Origin: Lobosporangium transversale
Lineage: Eukaryota
Assembly (NCBI RefSeq): GCF_002105155.1
Contig: NW_019028979.1
Location: forward strand, 496,001 to 560,000
Direction: 5' to 3'
Length of the DNA: 64,000 bases
Notes under the pieces: model-generated
What the model saw: only the letters and a program-made list of their open reading frames with translations
The model's database searches: none
What the model was told of the DNA's origin: nothing
Position numbers and translations under genes: made by a program
Shown: piece after piece, positions 45,602 through 60,000 of the stretch
Position numbering within the stretch: the stretch's first letter is position 1
Layout: each line of letters opens with the position of its first letter

Positions 45602-46760
45602 TTACTCAGCTTTCTGAGCCTTCTTCATTAGACCCTTGCTCTGAGCAAACTGCTCAGCCTTGGTGTAGACAGAACTCAAGTGTTCTTGAGCTTTCTGGCG
45701 ACCCTTGCCGACTTGCTCTTGCACCAGATCGGAAGTCTTGGCAACATGGCTGTCAATCAGAGTCTGATTATCAATGTATAGTCGAGGGAAAGTGAAGAGC
45801 GAGATCAAAACAGCTGAGAGGAGTGTGGTTGTCGAGAACCAGGTTCGCAGAGTCCAAATGGCGTAAAAAATGCCCATAAACTACATTACAAAAGATTAAG
45901 ATTAAGCCATACGTCAGAATCGTTAAAAATTTAAAACCTTTTAGTTTTTTTTTTTTTTTTTTTTTTTTTTTTGCATAATGCGCTTTACCTTCAAACTGCG
46001 CTTATTGTCCTCAATAAGCACTACTTTGGCGAGCTCGGTGATGACAACATTCAAACCATCAGTGACAAAACCTACACGGCGATGAAGAGCATCTGCCTCA
46101 ACGTGCACAAATTCGGCTGAACGCTGGTAGTACTTTCTATATGTACAGGATATAGAAGATATAAAACTTGATTAACAAAATCAAAAAGAAAAACAGATGA
46201 TCTGTATGGCCATATATATCCTCAATGATAAGATGTAGACAACCCGTAACCACAAATGAAAGCGAACCATGAAATTAAATAAATTCGTAAAAATGACATA
46301 CCCAAGTGGTCGAGAAGTAGCTGGCTTGTTAGTCACACGACCGAGAAGCAACATGCCATTAACATAGGCAAAAGAGGCAGAAATTCCTATAACAAATAGG
46401 CCGCAGACCAAATTCAATAGTGAAACCCATCGGCACAGCAGCACCATTGTCAGTGCCGTAGCGAGATGAGCTGCCGATACTACGGGTTTCTCCCAAAGCA
46501 AGATGCTCTTCAGACGTGGCGACATGTATGCAGAGTGATCTGTAGCCAAAAAAAGAAAAAAATAAAGAATGTACTAAGCGTCTGGCTCTAAGACAGCTAC
46601 ATGATTAAGTCCACTATCCAAGTTGTTGCTTACCAGAAGAATGGATCTTGCTCTCAAGGCTAGACTTTGGTGAATCACTGCTGCTCCGTTCGCGTGGTGC
46701 AGGGATTTGCCCCTCAAGCACAGGCTCGACTTTAGTAGGATGATCTGGCTGAAGCTCCAT
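45602..46760 (-). CDS. RTN1: Reticulon-domain protein; exons 46760-46634, 46539-46302, 46136-45989, 45880-45602
   Basis: LKSILLWEKPVVSA plus two long hydrophobic stretches and SLFTFPRLYIDNQTLID, typical of the reticulon homology domain. The splices are in frame. Confidence 0.85.
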
Positions 46761-49700
46761 GACTGATTTTACTGACAATAGAGATGGGATTGATAAAATA
46801 TGTGTTTAAGGGATTGGAAGAGGGAAGAAAAAAGATGGGAAGAAAGAAAAGATAAAAGAAGAGAGAAGAGGAAACTGTGAGAAGAGAAGAACTGCTGTAA
46901 GTTTTATAGCAGCCACGCCACATCGTTTTTCAGCTCTGTTGGAAAATACTTTTGTCCTCTTGCAGTAATGTTTATATCGTACAGTTTTTTTTCTTTTTTT
47001 TACCGTGCGTGTAATGTCGTGAACAGTAACATCGCATACAAAATACACAAGCACAGATAAAGGCCCTTTTGGGTCATCTTTGGATGATCTCCAACCTCAT
47101 TTAGTGAATTCTTTACGATGTCACCATTCATGATAGCCTTACAGGAGATGAAGTCACCTACTCCTCTGATAAAGAAACACCAACAAAATCCGATTGATTG
47201 AAACAGACATCGTGGGTAAGCCAAGCAAAAATTTAAGGGGGCGAGCGAGTCCTCAAGTTTCTCGTTTTCTCGGGAGGAAAAGACATGCACAAAGACAAGT
47301 AACAATGTTACAGCATATATCAGATATGCATATTTGTCACACGATGAAAAACCCAATTAATCTTTACTGGATTTCTAACCAACGAGCAAGGGAACATGTG
47401 CTTGCCAAGACAAATCGAAGCAAGGACTTGAGGACTGGAAACCTTTCTTGATGCTGTTTATAAATACTTTTACATGTTGGTCGTGTACAAAGGCTCAACA
47501 TATCATTATCTCTCAATACATTTATTTGCTATAAGGATGTAAAGGCTGGACTAAGGGTGCTGCAAGGGTGCCTTTAAGAATGTTTGCTCCGCGTCACCCT
47601 CTCTACACTGTCATCTATCGCTTGTGTGCCTCCTTTTCAATAGCCCCGACATTCTTGAACCATCTCCTTTTTTTTTGTGCTTGTGTATGCCAGTGTGGGC
47701 TTCTCACACGATATGCCAGTGCCTCCTGATATTCGAATTAAAAAAGCCTGCAGCTTTCAGTTGTTACGAAGGAGGTCGTCTTGTTTGCTGTCTATACACT
47801 TATTTGCTGTATGCACAGTAGATTAAGAATAATGTGCAGTCAAGTAGAACTCACTCCTGATAAAATGGTCCATCAAAAGCGTCTTTCTCTCCTTGCAACA
47901 CTCTTTTCCTGTTCTGATATCGTGAATCTTACCGTAGTTCAAATCGTACTCTTAATAAGAAAGCCAATGGAAGCTAAATGAATGCAAAAAAGAAAGGCCA
48001 GATTAATTTCAGGGTAATAAACTAGCTCTTGCGGTGGGCTTTTAACAGTAGTTACCTGTCCTTTGTTTGTGCTTTTGTTTTTCATGCTGATTGAACTTCT
48101 TTTGTGATAGAGATACGTATGAAAGTCAAAGAATGAGCCTAAATGAAGGAGAGAAAGGAAGGAGTGAGAGGAGCAGGATGTGCTGTGAAGGCAGCTTTCT
48201 TTTTTTTATTTAAAACATCTGCTTGTCATTATTACAGCTTCGTTAACTGCACCCTTAGCCAGGAACAGAAGTGTCAAACTGAATTTGAAGACAAAAGGCC
48301 TCTCATTATCTTGTAAAGCTTTTAGCAATCCTGTTCCTGCTAATTTGTAACATTTGGGAAGAGTGAGAGAAATAGTGCATCTCTTTCTTACAAACGCCCT
48401 TCAGGTGGTTTTATTTTTAAAAGAAGAAAAGGCTTCAAAAGCGGCCGAAAAGAAAGAGCAAATACTCACGTCTGTTCCTTCTTTTCTTTTTTAATCTTTT
48501 CGTTTTTTGCTCATCAACAAGTTATCATCGAAATAGAAATTGGAATGAACGAGTGTCTTCATCTTATCAGGTACCACAATGAACATCCTAAAATTTGCTG
48601 AAGGCTATATCAAACCAAAGTAACTTACGGATTAAATGTCATCGTCCACATAGCCTCTGGCGATCATCTTGGCCCTTCGTAGCCTAGTGCTTGCTCTGGC
48701 CTCGTCCATCATGTGCCTAGCAAGAACATCTAACCAACATTGGGGAACGCTGAGAAGCAAGCAAGGATTAAAGCCTTGGGATCGATTGCCTGCTTACAAA
48801 AGCACCATGTCTCAGAAGTGTTTGCAAAGGGCGAAAGAACATTTTACAAAACCCTAATTAACAGTCTGAGTGTTATAGGATGTTAAAAGAAAAGAATAAG
48901 ACGAAATTCATTAGGTCTATCCCATCACGATCAAGGTTGACACCACCTACCGTAATTGTCATACATATATCTAACGGTTCTCGAGCCGAGTCTGGCGAGT
49001 CTGGAGAGATAGCCTTGTGGCTGAGGACAAGTTATTGTCGATCCATTTCTTGCTTTGATTGTTATTATGTGACATGTATTCACGCCTTTTTGGGGTTCTA
49101 TAGCTCTGAGGCAAGTGGACCTCATCTATTGATACCAATAGCTTTCTAGACGCATTGAGGCATGATTCCATTTGCTTCTGCGGCAGCTTTATGTCCATAA
49201 TGCTAAGCTACTGATGTTATATACACTAACTCATATAATGTCAAGCTTTTGTCTAACAGCGGCGATTATATATTGTGCATGATATTCGTTATGTTTATTC
49301 GTCTGATAAATATGCTCTTCGGCGTTGTCGACAAGGCCCACGATGGCACAGTTAGAACCTGAAGAACTGCTGATAACTGGAGCTTTTTGATCCAGTATGA
49401 GCTTTAGCCTTGCGGCTGTCTACAACTTTTCATGTTCTGAATGAGCCAACTCCAATGTTATCGCTTAGCAAAATCGCTACTAATTCCATGGTATTTTAGA
49501 GCCTGCAAACCCCGATCAGGATTCAAGGTATCTATATTATTAAGCGAATATGCCTTAGTTGTGAACAGGTAGGGACTAGCAAACCGCAATGTGTTATATT
49601 TTAGGACGTTTTTTTATGTCCCAGTTCTAACAAGCCTTTGCTCGACTTCTGCCTCGCGATATTTAAATTGTGGTCAGCAACAGCTTATTGACACTAATTC

Positions 49701-51542
49701 CGCAGTTTACCAAGTGACTATCATCTGTACAACAGATTACTGCCTCAGAAAAGTCCAGCCAGCTACTCCAATAGTCAGTATTATCAGGGCATCTAACCAC
49801 AATATCAAAGGGCCGACAATGGTTTAGTCGGCGATACGGAATTGAATTGCTGTAGTAACAGTGGCAGTTTCAAAAGCATCAGAAACCGACCTAAACCACG
49901 TGAGTTCCGTGGTCCTCTACATATGGGATCTCTCTCCACGTTAAACACGTATTATATTCTATCTCATGAATATCCCAATGTGAGAAGAGTTGGGAAAGGC
50001 GGCCCACTAGGTAATTGGGCTACCAAAAGCAACACCGCAAACATAGCAACCACAGCAACCATAGTAGACGGAACGGTGATGATGGTAATGATGGTAATGA
50101 TGTTGATATCCCACGGGTCCAGGAATGAACCATCCAGATGAAGGATTATGGACAACTACGCCATGGATATCAAATGAAAAGACATGTGCAACATACCATA
50201 CAGGAAATAAAGAAGCGATCATCTATTTTCTGAAACTATCCATGTATAGTAATACTATGAGGGTTGAGGCCAGTAAATTGCAAATACTGCGCAGGACGCG
50301 TTTACCCCTTGCTATGATGAATCTGGTGTCTACTCTAGGCTGTAGCCAAGTAAAAAAAACGTGCTAGCCAACTGAAAAGAAAATGCAAAAGCGATAAAGG
50401 ACGAGGCCTACAGAGAAGTGATGGACATGGAAACATGGGACCATAAGCTTTTTGTTTTGTTGATTGGGAAAAAAAAGGCCGCCCATGAACATAACAGTAG
50501 AATAAATGGAGTGGACAGAAAGACTCGAGCATAAGGTTATAATAGTACATTATAATGGTCGCGAATAATAGATCAGCATCTTGCATGGAGCAGTGATGGA
50601 TCTGTTTTTCGACATCTCCCTTTTATACAGGGCATCAAACGTGGTGCACTGGAAAGGGAAAGTACATGTACAAGATATCACAAAAGCAGTGCTGTCAGAA
50701 ATGTCTCTTCCTCATTAAAAATGTATCAGCATTTGGTGGAACCACAACCCAGCAGCCTTGGACGGAGTAATTTTTATGCCAAAAGTGCGGACAAGCCTGT
50801 TTGGATCGTCGCACATGTAAACTTTATTCATCCTCCAATACATCATCACCAATAGATATACTAGAAGATTGATCGAATATTTTTGCGATTTCATTTTCGC
50901 AAAAGTAGAAGATTATCAAAGTCGTAGTCGACAAGTGCCAAGAAGTTCAGGAAGTCAAGACACAGTCGATTGTGTCTTACTGATCATCTGTGTGTGCAAA
51001 TACGGAGAGACAGTCGGAGCGACAGTGTCCAGTCCTCTAATACAAATTGGACAAGAGCAGGAACAGTCCTTCTGCGCAGACAAGAGAAGAGCAAAAAAAA
51101 AAAAAAGCCCACACACAGATACATGGAACTTCCGAGAATGAAAATAAGAACAATTAAAATTCATAATCATCCAGGCAATCAAAGCACGTTCTATGCGAAT
51201 ATGCGAATAAAGATATTTGTATTAACAAGCATCGCATTGTCACTCTTTTGTACTTTCGGTCTCTTGCTTTGTGCCGCCTCCGTTATTATTATATTATTTT
51301 TTGACTCATTGATGTCTTGAAGTCATTGATTCCATTGTGCATTCATTCCTTTCTTTCTTCCTTTCTTTTAGTCTCCTCCACCTCAACCGTCACTTCGCTT
51401 CATTTCTCTCCACTCCAATTCTACTTCATTTCTATTTTTTTTTTTTTATTTTATAAAAGAGCTACTGAGCTGTACTTTTATCCAGTCCATCACCAGTCAT
51501 ATCCATATACCCTCTTAATCAGACTAGACGAGAGAGATAGAG

Positions 51543-54500
51543 ATGCCATCTGTCTCCGAACTACAGTTCTCGCCAGAGGACTCTGTTCAAGCCAACAGCA
51601 GACATCAGTCGTATGCGGTCAAAGACAACTTTACATACCAGAATGGTTTTATCATTGGACTTCGTCAACTTTGGACTATGCTCAAGCGTAACACCATTCT
51701 ACAGGTACAATCCAACAATACAAAAATACTGCACCCTGTCATCAATGTCAATGCTAAAAATCTCTCTAATGAACGCTATTCCAAATGTCACATTTTACTA
51801 GGTCCGCTATAGGAGATCCACTTTTGCACAAGTTCTCCTAGGTCCAATCCTGTTCCTGCTTCTCCTCTGGGCCCTCCAGAAAGCAGACACAGCACGCCAA
51901 CTTCGATCAAACTACCATCCAGAACCTTGGGTTCTGCCTGGAATTGATAATTGTCAGGTACAGCATCAGGTTAAAATGTTAATAGGCATTCTTGTTACAC
52001 AGCCTTGTATCCGCACTTTTTTTTTTTTTTTTTTTTTTTTTTTCATTTCTAACCGTCCACAGCTTCCCCCTTCTATCTCGTTAGGGTCGCACTCCAGGAG
52101 ACCCTTGTATAAATATCATGTTTACGCCAGACACGTCAGAAATTCGTGAGATCCTTGCTACTGTTAACAACCGCAATAAGATCCGTGAACCATCCGTAAA
52201 CCTTGGCTTTGAGAACGCCATTTCTGATTTAAATACTCTTCCACGATCAACGCTTGGTATGGTTCCTGTACCCAACGGCAAATTTATTTACGATTACACA
52301 CTTTCTCATCCCAATGTCACCCGATTTGGAATTGAGTTCTCGATTGTACCTGGGCCACCAAAGAACTATGTCTATCAGACCTGGTTTAATTTTACCAACA
52401 CGGCTAATGACACAGACCCTTTTGGCGATTCCTTGCTCTCGTTTACTCGAGCTGTTGACGAGGCTATCATGCAGGTTGCAGAAGGTAGTGATCCAAGTCT
52501 GATAACTATGCTTAAGGATTTCCCACTGGTACCACCTAGGGTAGCCAGCGATGAGGTTGTCTCTGCACTCGGAGCAATGTTCTTTTTCTGCTCCATGATG
52601 ATTATTTTCATCTGTGTGCTTAACCAAATTGTAGCAGAAAAGGAGCTTCATCTGCGCCATAGTATGCAGATGATGGGTCTCAAGACACTCGTCTATTGGT
52701 TTTCATGGTGGCTTTCGAATGCACTTCTTGTACTCGTTAGTGCTATCGTTATTTCTGGATTTGGTATCGCTTTTGGCTTTTCTGTCTTCAAGAACAGCAA
52801 CTTTTTAGCTGTCTTGATCACTTTCTTCCTCTTTGGTCTTTCCATGGTAACAATGGCATTTTGGATTACCACTATGGTCAAGGCGAGTAGAACAGCCATC
52901 CTGATTGGAATTTTTTTGTTCATTATCGGTTTGCTGTTTGAAAGTATGGTTTTCTCCAATCCTTTCGTGGGCTACCTCTGGTATGACTCTGGCACGTCTC
53001 CTGCAGCGAGATATGTCCTTATGTTCATTCCCTTCTTCAATTTTGGCAAGATCTTTTTGGATATGTCTCGTTTTGCGACGGGCCGCTTCGATGTTCTTAC
53101 AGAGACTTACATCCCTGGACCAGGCTTCTACTGGAAGGACCTTTATAACAAGATCCCCACATCATTCACTCCAACGTATGATGACGCCAGAACGCGTCAT
53201 CCAGACGTCCCAGCTCCTATTCAGTCCTGGTATTTAATGCTCATGAATATCGGCGTTTTTGCCATTTTGACCCTATACTTTGATCAAGTGGTGGCAGACG
53301 ACTATGGAAATCGACGCCATCCACTTTTTTTCTTGGACCCAACGTTCTATGGTTGGCATATAGGCAAAAAGCTCGCGACACGTGATTGGATTGCCGCTCA
53401 AGAGGCAGATAAGTCCAAACGGGATGCACGTAGGATGAAAATGAACAAGTCCCCAGCTGATCTATCTATTGAAGATGAAGATGAAGACGTGAAAACAGAG
53501 AGGAATATGGCATTGGACCCCAATTATGATACTGCAGCCAGGATCTGTAACCTTCAAAAGGTCTTCCAAGAATCAATGTTCCGGAAAAGCCCTCTTGACA
53601 AGATTGCAGTGAAAGATTTATGTCTGACTTTGCAGGAAGGGAAACTATTAGCACTCCTCGGACAGAACGGCGCTGGAAAATCAACTACGATGAACATGCT
53701 TTCTGGATTGACGAAATCAACTGGAGGCGATGCTGTGTTCTACGGTCTATCGATGAATAACGAAATGGCAGAAATCCGCTCATTGATGGGCGTTTGTCCT
53801 CAACACGATATCCTGTTTGGTGATCTTACTGCCAAAGAGCACATTGAGCTTTATGCTGGACTCAAAAACGTACCCAAACATGAGATTCCAAAGTTGACAG
53901 AAGAACGTTTGAAGGCGGTTCGACTTTGGAAGGTCAAGGACAAGCTTTCGCATACGTATTCCGGTGGCATGAAGAGACGTCTGTCTATGGTTATCTCTAC
54001 CCTTGGAGATCCCAAAATTATCTTTTTGGATGAACCAACTACAGGTAAGCATTATTGGTTCATTACAGTAAATCTTTATGTGTTTTGTGGCGTCATTTGA
54101 ATAAAACGCTCATCTCTTTGACTTCATTATAAATTTTATTAGGAATGGACCCAACTAATCGTCGTCATGTGTGGTCATTTATTGAAAAGTTTAAACAGGG
54201 ACGGATCATTATTCTCACAACGCATTCAATGGAGGAGGCTGATATTTTGGGAGATCGAATCTGTGTGATGGCTCACGGCCGTCTCCGAGCTATTGGCAAT
54301 TCGATTCATCTCAAGAACAAATTTGGAGCTGGCTATCGTATCTCGTTGGTGACTGATCCATCGAATACAGCGTTAGTCAAGTCCATCATCGAGTCCAAAG
54401 TACCTGGCTGTATTCTTAAGGATGATTCTGCAGGTGCACTCCTATATCAGTTCCCACCATCGTCTATGAGTAGCATTCCAAAATTGGTTCAATGGCTTGA

Positions 54501-54816
54501 AGGTGCTGATGTTGGCCCACAGGCTGTCAACCGAAATGCTCGGGACTCATCTGCCAACAGTGGTCGGAATACTCCCACCGCCACTCCACCAACGGGTAGT
54601 GACAATCAAGTTTCAAAGGGATTCAGCACTTCAGGGAATGCTCAGTCTCTGATCCATGGCTATGGTATTTCTCAAACATCTTTGGAGGAAGTTTTCTTGA
54701 AGCTAATTCGAGATGCTAACCCAGAGGGATATCAGGGTTATGAAGTCACTAAAAAGCCTGCCAATGACAAGTCCAAGTCTGATTCCACTCTTCGAAATCG
54801 GGGCACAGGGCAGTAG
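51543..54816 (+). CDS. ABC transporter subfamily A, half-size (TMD-NBD); exons 51543-51704, 51802-51957, 52085-54044, 54143-54816
   Basis: QLWTMLKRN N-terminus, EKELHLRHSMQMMGL, Walker A GQNGAGKST, GVCPQHD, signature YSGGMKRRLS, LDEPTTGMDP, LTTHSMEEA and SLEEVF. Only one TMD and one NBD precede the stop. Confidence 0.92.
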
Positions 54817-55011
54817 TAGGCTTTACAAAAAATATACAATGTTCATATAATCCTTTAGTTTAAAAAGAGTTTATTCATAAAATTACAAGTTAGTTATAAT
54901 AAATTATTTTACAAATGGGATATAAAAGGTAAAGAAATTGCGATTTTCCTTTCTAAACATGGCATTGAGTTTACATCATGATGCATGAAGTGTGGGCCGC
55001 AAATGTCCGAT

Positions 55012-55046
<35 letters not shown>

Positions 55047-55052
<6 letters not shown>

Positions 55053-56494
55053 CCGAAGAAAATGGCCATGCTGAGGAAAATGGTCTTCTCGGAGATACAT
55101 TCTCCCGCCTGCCCTGCCCACTGCTACAGCCTCGTCCATCTCAAGCTGTCTCCACATCTTACGGACTTGTATGACTCCGTAACGATCCATCCATTGCCAA
55201 TGCTTGATCATGTCCTCCACTTTCCAGATCCAGATTGCAAACCATACCATACCATAGATAGCTCCAATGATAGCTCCTACCAGCACCTGACTAACTGTGT
55301 GGTGACCGACTTGAATACGTGACCACACCACAGACCACGCATAAAGCTGCAATAGCAGGATCAAAAACCATTGGCCAGGTGACCCTTCAGGCTCCATTAG
55401 CACCAGCTGTAACGAGATATAGCAGACAAAAAACGCAACAAGTTGTGCATGACTACTGGGCATTCCGTAATCTGGACGAAAATTATAGATTTTGCGCCTT
55501 CTCTGCCGTCTGATCTTTTGACTTGTTAATTTGGTCTTGAGTTCATTAGAAGAGTTAGCTTGCTCCTGCTGTAATGATGTTGTAGGCGCAAGGGACAAGG
55601 AGGATGAACTGATCGTTGATATAGAATTCATGTCTACTTCTTTTGTATGAGCACGGGTCGATTGAGTATCCGAAAATGAGGATGTGTTGGAAGACACGAA
55701 ACCAGAAGCTGAGGTTATGGACTCAAAAGTTACACCAGATGTGTGCAGTGCAGAAGTAGATGAAGATGAGGATGAGGAAGAAGGTGATGTAAATGAAGGC
55801 TGAGAATCCATGTCAACGCCCTCGTCCAGATTGGGTCTTTCTGGGCGAGGTTGCCGGATGATGTGTTTCAGGCACTTTGCTAACATGAGTGTCCAAGGAA
55901 TTATGAAAACCAGATAGTTGTAAGATTAGATTCAGGTCCCTCCACTTCAAGATACAGCTCATTATATTGTCATCGCACATGCCCTTTTTTCCTGAATTGC
56001 ATCATAAATCTCCACTTTTTGGTCACACATCACTCCCTCCTTTTCTCCATTTTTTTTCCCTTCTTTTGATAGGTCCGAATATGTAAAGAATGTGCTTTTG
56101 TGTATTTACTGCCTGCGTGTACTTTAACATGAAGCAGCCAAGGGCTACGACAACGAAAGAAGGTGGTTTTTGTACACTCACCAAGTACTGCACACGACAG
56201 AGCTCCTGTGCCAAAGAAAAGACAATGAAGTGTCCGAAGGTAGATGATAGCAATAAAAGTACAGGTTGATGCAATGTATCGAGTACGTTCGAACGATGGC
56301 GAGCGGGAAAAGGATAGTGACTGATAAAGCGATATTGACAAGGCTCCAAGGATGGACCTTGGCTGATTCTGATATTGGTGTCGTTGATACTGTGGCGTAA
56401 TACTTGGCCGCCGTCGCTGTTGCTGTTCCTGTTGTTGGCGAAGTAGAGAGTTTCGCAAAACCGATTCATCAAGTCCATGTGAATGAACAGACAT
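55047..56494 (-). CDS. PAP2-superfamily lipid phosphatase, dolichyl-diphosphatase (CAX4/DOLPP1)-like; exons 56494-56182, 55879-55047
   Basis: Motifs C1 KHIIRQPRP, C2 YGMPSSH and C3 SRIQVGHHTVSQV. GTGAGT..TAG intron is in frame. Confidence 0.85.
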
Positions 56495-57052
56495 TTTGAA
56501 CCTCTAGTTTGTAATGAATTAGATGAATGATTGGTGTCTATGTATGTGTCCGCTTGTGCGAATGGAATTTGTGAATGACGAGAAGGGCAAAAAAAGAAAA
56601 GCGACAGTCAAAAACAGAATAAAAATAGGGAGCTCAGATACACGTGATTATAGGCGTCGTGCAGCTCCCATATCCTACGATTTTCAACGCGCGTTCTCAA
56701 TCTCATCAACACTAGTCACTAAGGGAAAAAATTTCATTGGACATGCCCCTTTGATCTTTCTTTCTTTCTCTTTTCTATTCCTTGTGTACTCAGAATGAAT
56801 GTATCGGCATTGCTGCGACACGATCCACAGTTGCATTGCATATTGCCTCTGGAATCTAGTCATGTACTTCCAATTAATAAATTTACTCTTTTCATCTGTT
56901 GCGTCCTATAATTTAAAAGTCACATAATGCGCGTTCAAAAAGTTTTTCACCCTTGGAAACAAAATATTCAATGTATTGTACAACGCACACTGTGCACACT
57001 ATCGTCTATCAAAGACAGGAATGATCTAATGATGGAGTAGTAGCAGACTGAT

Positions 57053-60000
57053 CTATAGCTGCCTGGTAGAAATACCAACACGCATACCAACACGCACAAG
57101 CATCTCGATCTGTTCTTTTGATGACTGTAATAGATCTTCGTCAAATTGGATCGAGTCGGGCTCAAATAATAACACAATCGTCGAGCCACCAAAGGCAAAG
57201 TAACCATGTTCTTCCATCCTCTCTACTTCTTGACCGGGCTTCGTTGTCAAGACTATTGATCCAACCATCATGGCGCCAATTGAGCAATATGCGACTGAGC
57301 CAAACTCTTTGGACTCAATAGTCGAAATGACGCGCTTGTTCTCACCATAGACGTCTAAATGACTCCGGATCGACATTGGATTAACCGTGAAGTACTCCCC
57401 AGTGATATGCTTGGGTTCGGATATTACACCACGAACGGGTATATGAAATCTACCGTGATATAACAAACGATGATGAAACAAGTCAGTTTTTTTTTTTTTT
57501 TTTTTTTTTAAGAAAAAGAACAAAAGAAAAGCAAAAGTTGATGATTAGAGTGAGCAGAATTTTGACTTACCTATGGTAATCTTGTGGAGCTAGACGGAAA
57601 ATAGCCAAGCTTCCACCAATGTATTTCTTTGCAAGCACCTCATCCCCCAACAGTTTTGCAACTGTAAATTGTCGCCCCTTGATCCAAAACTTTTGAGCAT
57701 CTTCTATCGTTTGGAAACATGTCATGCGACAGTCTGCCACACTAACCGCCACGCGGTCGTCACCTGGGGAGGCAAGTGTCCTTGCATTTGGTTTCAATCG
57801 TCGGTAGAAGAATTCATTGAATGTTTTAAAGTTCTGAACCGGTTCCAAGACTTCCGACATATGGGCTTCAAGATTGTGGAAGCGGATAAAGGGTTCAATG
57901 CTTCTCTTCGACCTTGGGTCATCAAATTTAAGTCCCTGCTTTCTAGACATATTAGCCATGATCCTACCAACACGAATCTTTTGGGCAGGGCTCCTATAAA
58001 GCAGTCGTATACCCAGACGAATAAAGGTAGGTATTTTCTCCTCCAACATGACTCCGGTTATCCTGTCTTGTACAATAATATTGGCATTACTCTACCAATC
58101 GCCGAATGTGAAAGAATAAAAAAAAAAAAGAAAAAAGAAAAGCTGAGTGCACGGATTTGAAGAAGGCGACTGGACAAACCCAAAGTGCTTATTTGTATGC
58201 AAAGCCTACCTTGCCGATTACATATCGGCCGTAGCCAAGAGTCTTGACGACCTTAGTGATCCATTTCCGTTGCGCATTTGCTTCTGTTACAAAGTTGCCC
58301 AGGATTAGCTTGTCGAGGTTAAAACCGTCATTACCGGAGCACACTGCGATATGTGTGATCACGTCCGTTTCCAGTTTAGATCCGAGACTTGGATCGCGAC
58401 AAATGGGGCAAGAGGAAATCCTAATTACATACTCATCCTCGGATGTTTGTGGCTCAAAATCTGCCTCTGTAGGCTCAACCATATCCATGGCTTGTGGCAC
58501 GGCACCGACAGGGACCTTATTTCGTGTTAAATGCATAAATAGCTCATTATCCTGCTCAAACTCTTCATCTTCGATCGAGTCATCTGTGGAATCCTTCTCA
58601 TCAGACTCTTCCTTTCCATCTGACTCTGGGAAGGCTTCTGATTCCGGTGGTGCTACTGCAGCTGATTTGCGTGACCAAAATTTCCTAAGCCTACGCTTTC
58701 GACGCTTGCTTGGCATGCTATCATCCAAACGGACTTGACTCTCTAGTCTCTCAAACAGCTCGTCAAATGTCAATTCATCTTGATCTGGGTCTTTACCATA
58801 TGGGGTAAAGAAGCTGTCCACAGTCTTGCTTGAGAGGTTCGAGCCAAGTCCTTCGAGCATTGCCTGGATCAATAATTTGCTGAATAGACTCTTTCGTGGT
58901 TCAACATCGAATGCCTTTGCAAGGCCAAGCCAGAATCGCCGTCTCAAGTCAGTATATGTTACAAACTTGGCACGAACTTTGAGGTAAGTATCTTCAGTTT
59001 GCTTCTTGATGTTGCTTGCTATCACAACTTTAAGCACATATTCCTTCATGTCTGGATCTGTTAACTCTTTCTCATCTTCAGCGCCTGGCACTGGTGATGA
59101 AGGTCGATCGGTTTCTTGTGTTTTGGATGCATTGATTAAGGTATCGATATCCATCGTTGCCATGCCAATATAGTCGTTTCCACTCAATTTGTCCCAATCA
59201 TGAATGGAATACTTGATATGGAAAGATTCTTGACCATAATGAACTCTGAACATGAGTTTTCCACCCCATTTAGGGTTCAAATTGTGTCGAATAACACGAG
59301 TCCTGAAAATATATTTTCCGAAAGAAACAACTACGAATGGATCCATATCGAACCCTGTCCGTGTCATGTTACGAGTCCTTGGGAGATTTGAAGCGGAGAC
59401 GATCTCCATGAATACCACGCCATGTAAACTATTAGATAATGGTGCTGACGCTAATGTGGACAAACTAGAAGATGATGCTGTTCGAGTGCCGGGAGGAGGC
59501 GAAGGAGTGTCTATTCGTAATGCAGACAACCCCATAGATGGATCACCTTCACCTATGGCAACTGGAATGTCGGCTACGGCGATTGCCATGTCGTCGGCTG
59601 TATGTAGTTGACGTTGTCCTAGGCCCAGCTTATTGCGTCCGCTTGCTAGTTGAGCCCATATAGTTGCGCAACGCAGCTGTGAGTCCTTGTGAACGGGAGC
59701 CAACTCTGTATCGACGAACCCGAACTTTACCTCAACTAGGACGGAAAAAAAAGGTTTAAATTATAGATGCAGATTAGCGTCTTGTCTTGCAAGTGATGTA
59801 GTATTTAATTTTGGCAATAGGTTTTGGTCACTAAACACACCTTCACCAGTGACTTTTGAAAATTTCCCAGGGATTGATTTCAATGGAAACCATCTAGCCT
59901 AATTGGAGCAGAGATAGAGAAAACTAATGGTCAGATTTGATTTTTCACAGCATTGCATGCTACTTCACTCCACTCACAGAGAAGGAAAAAAATAGAATAA

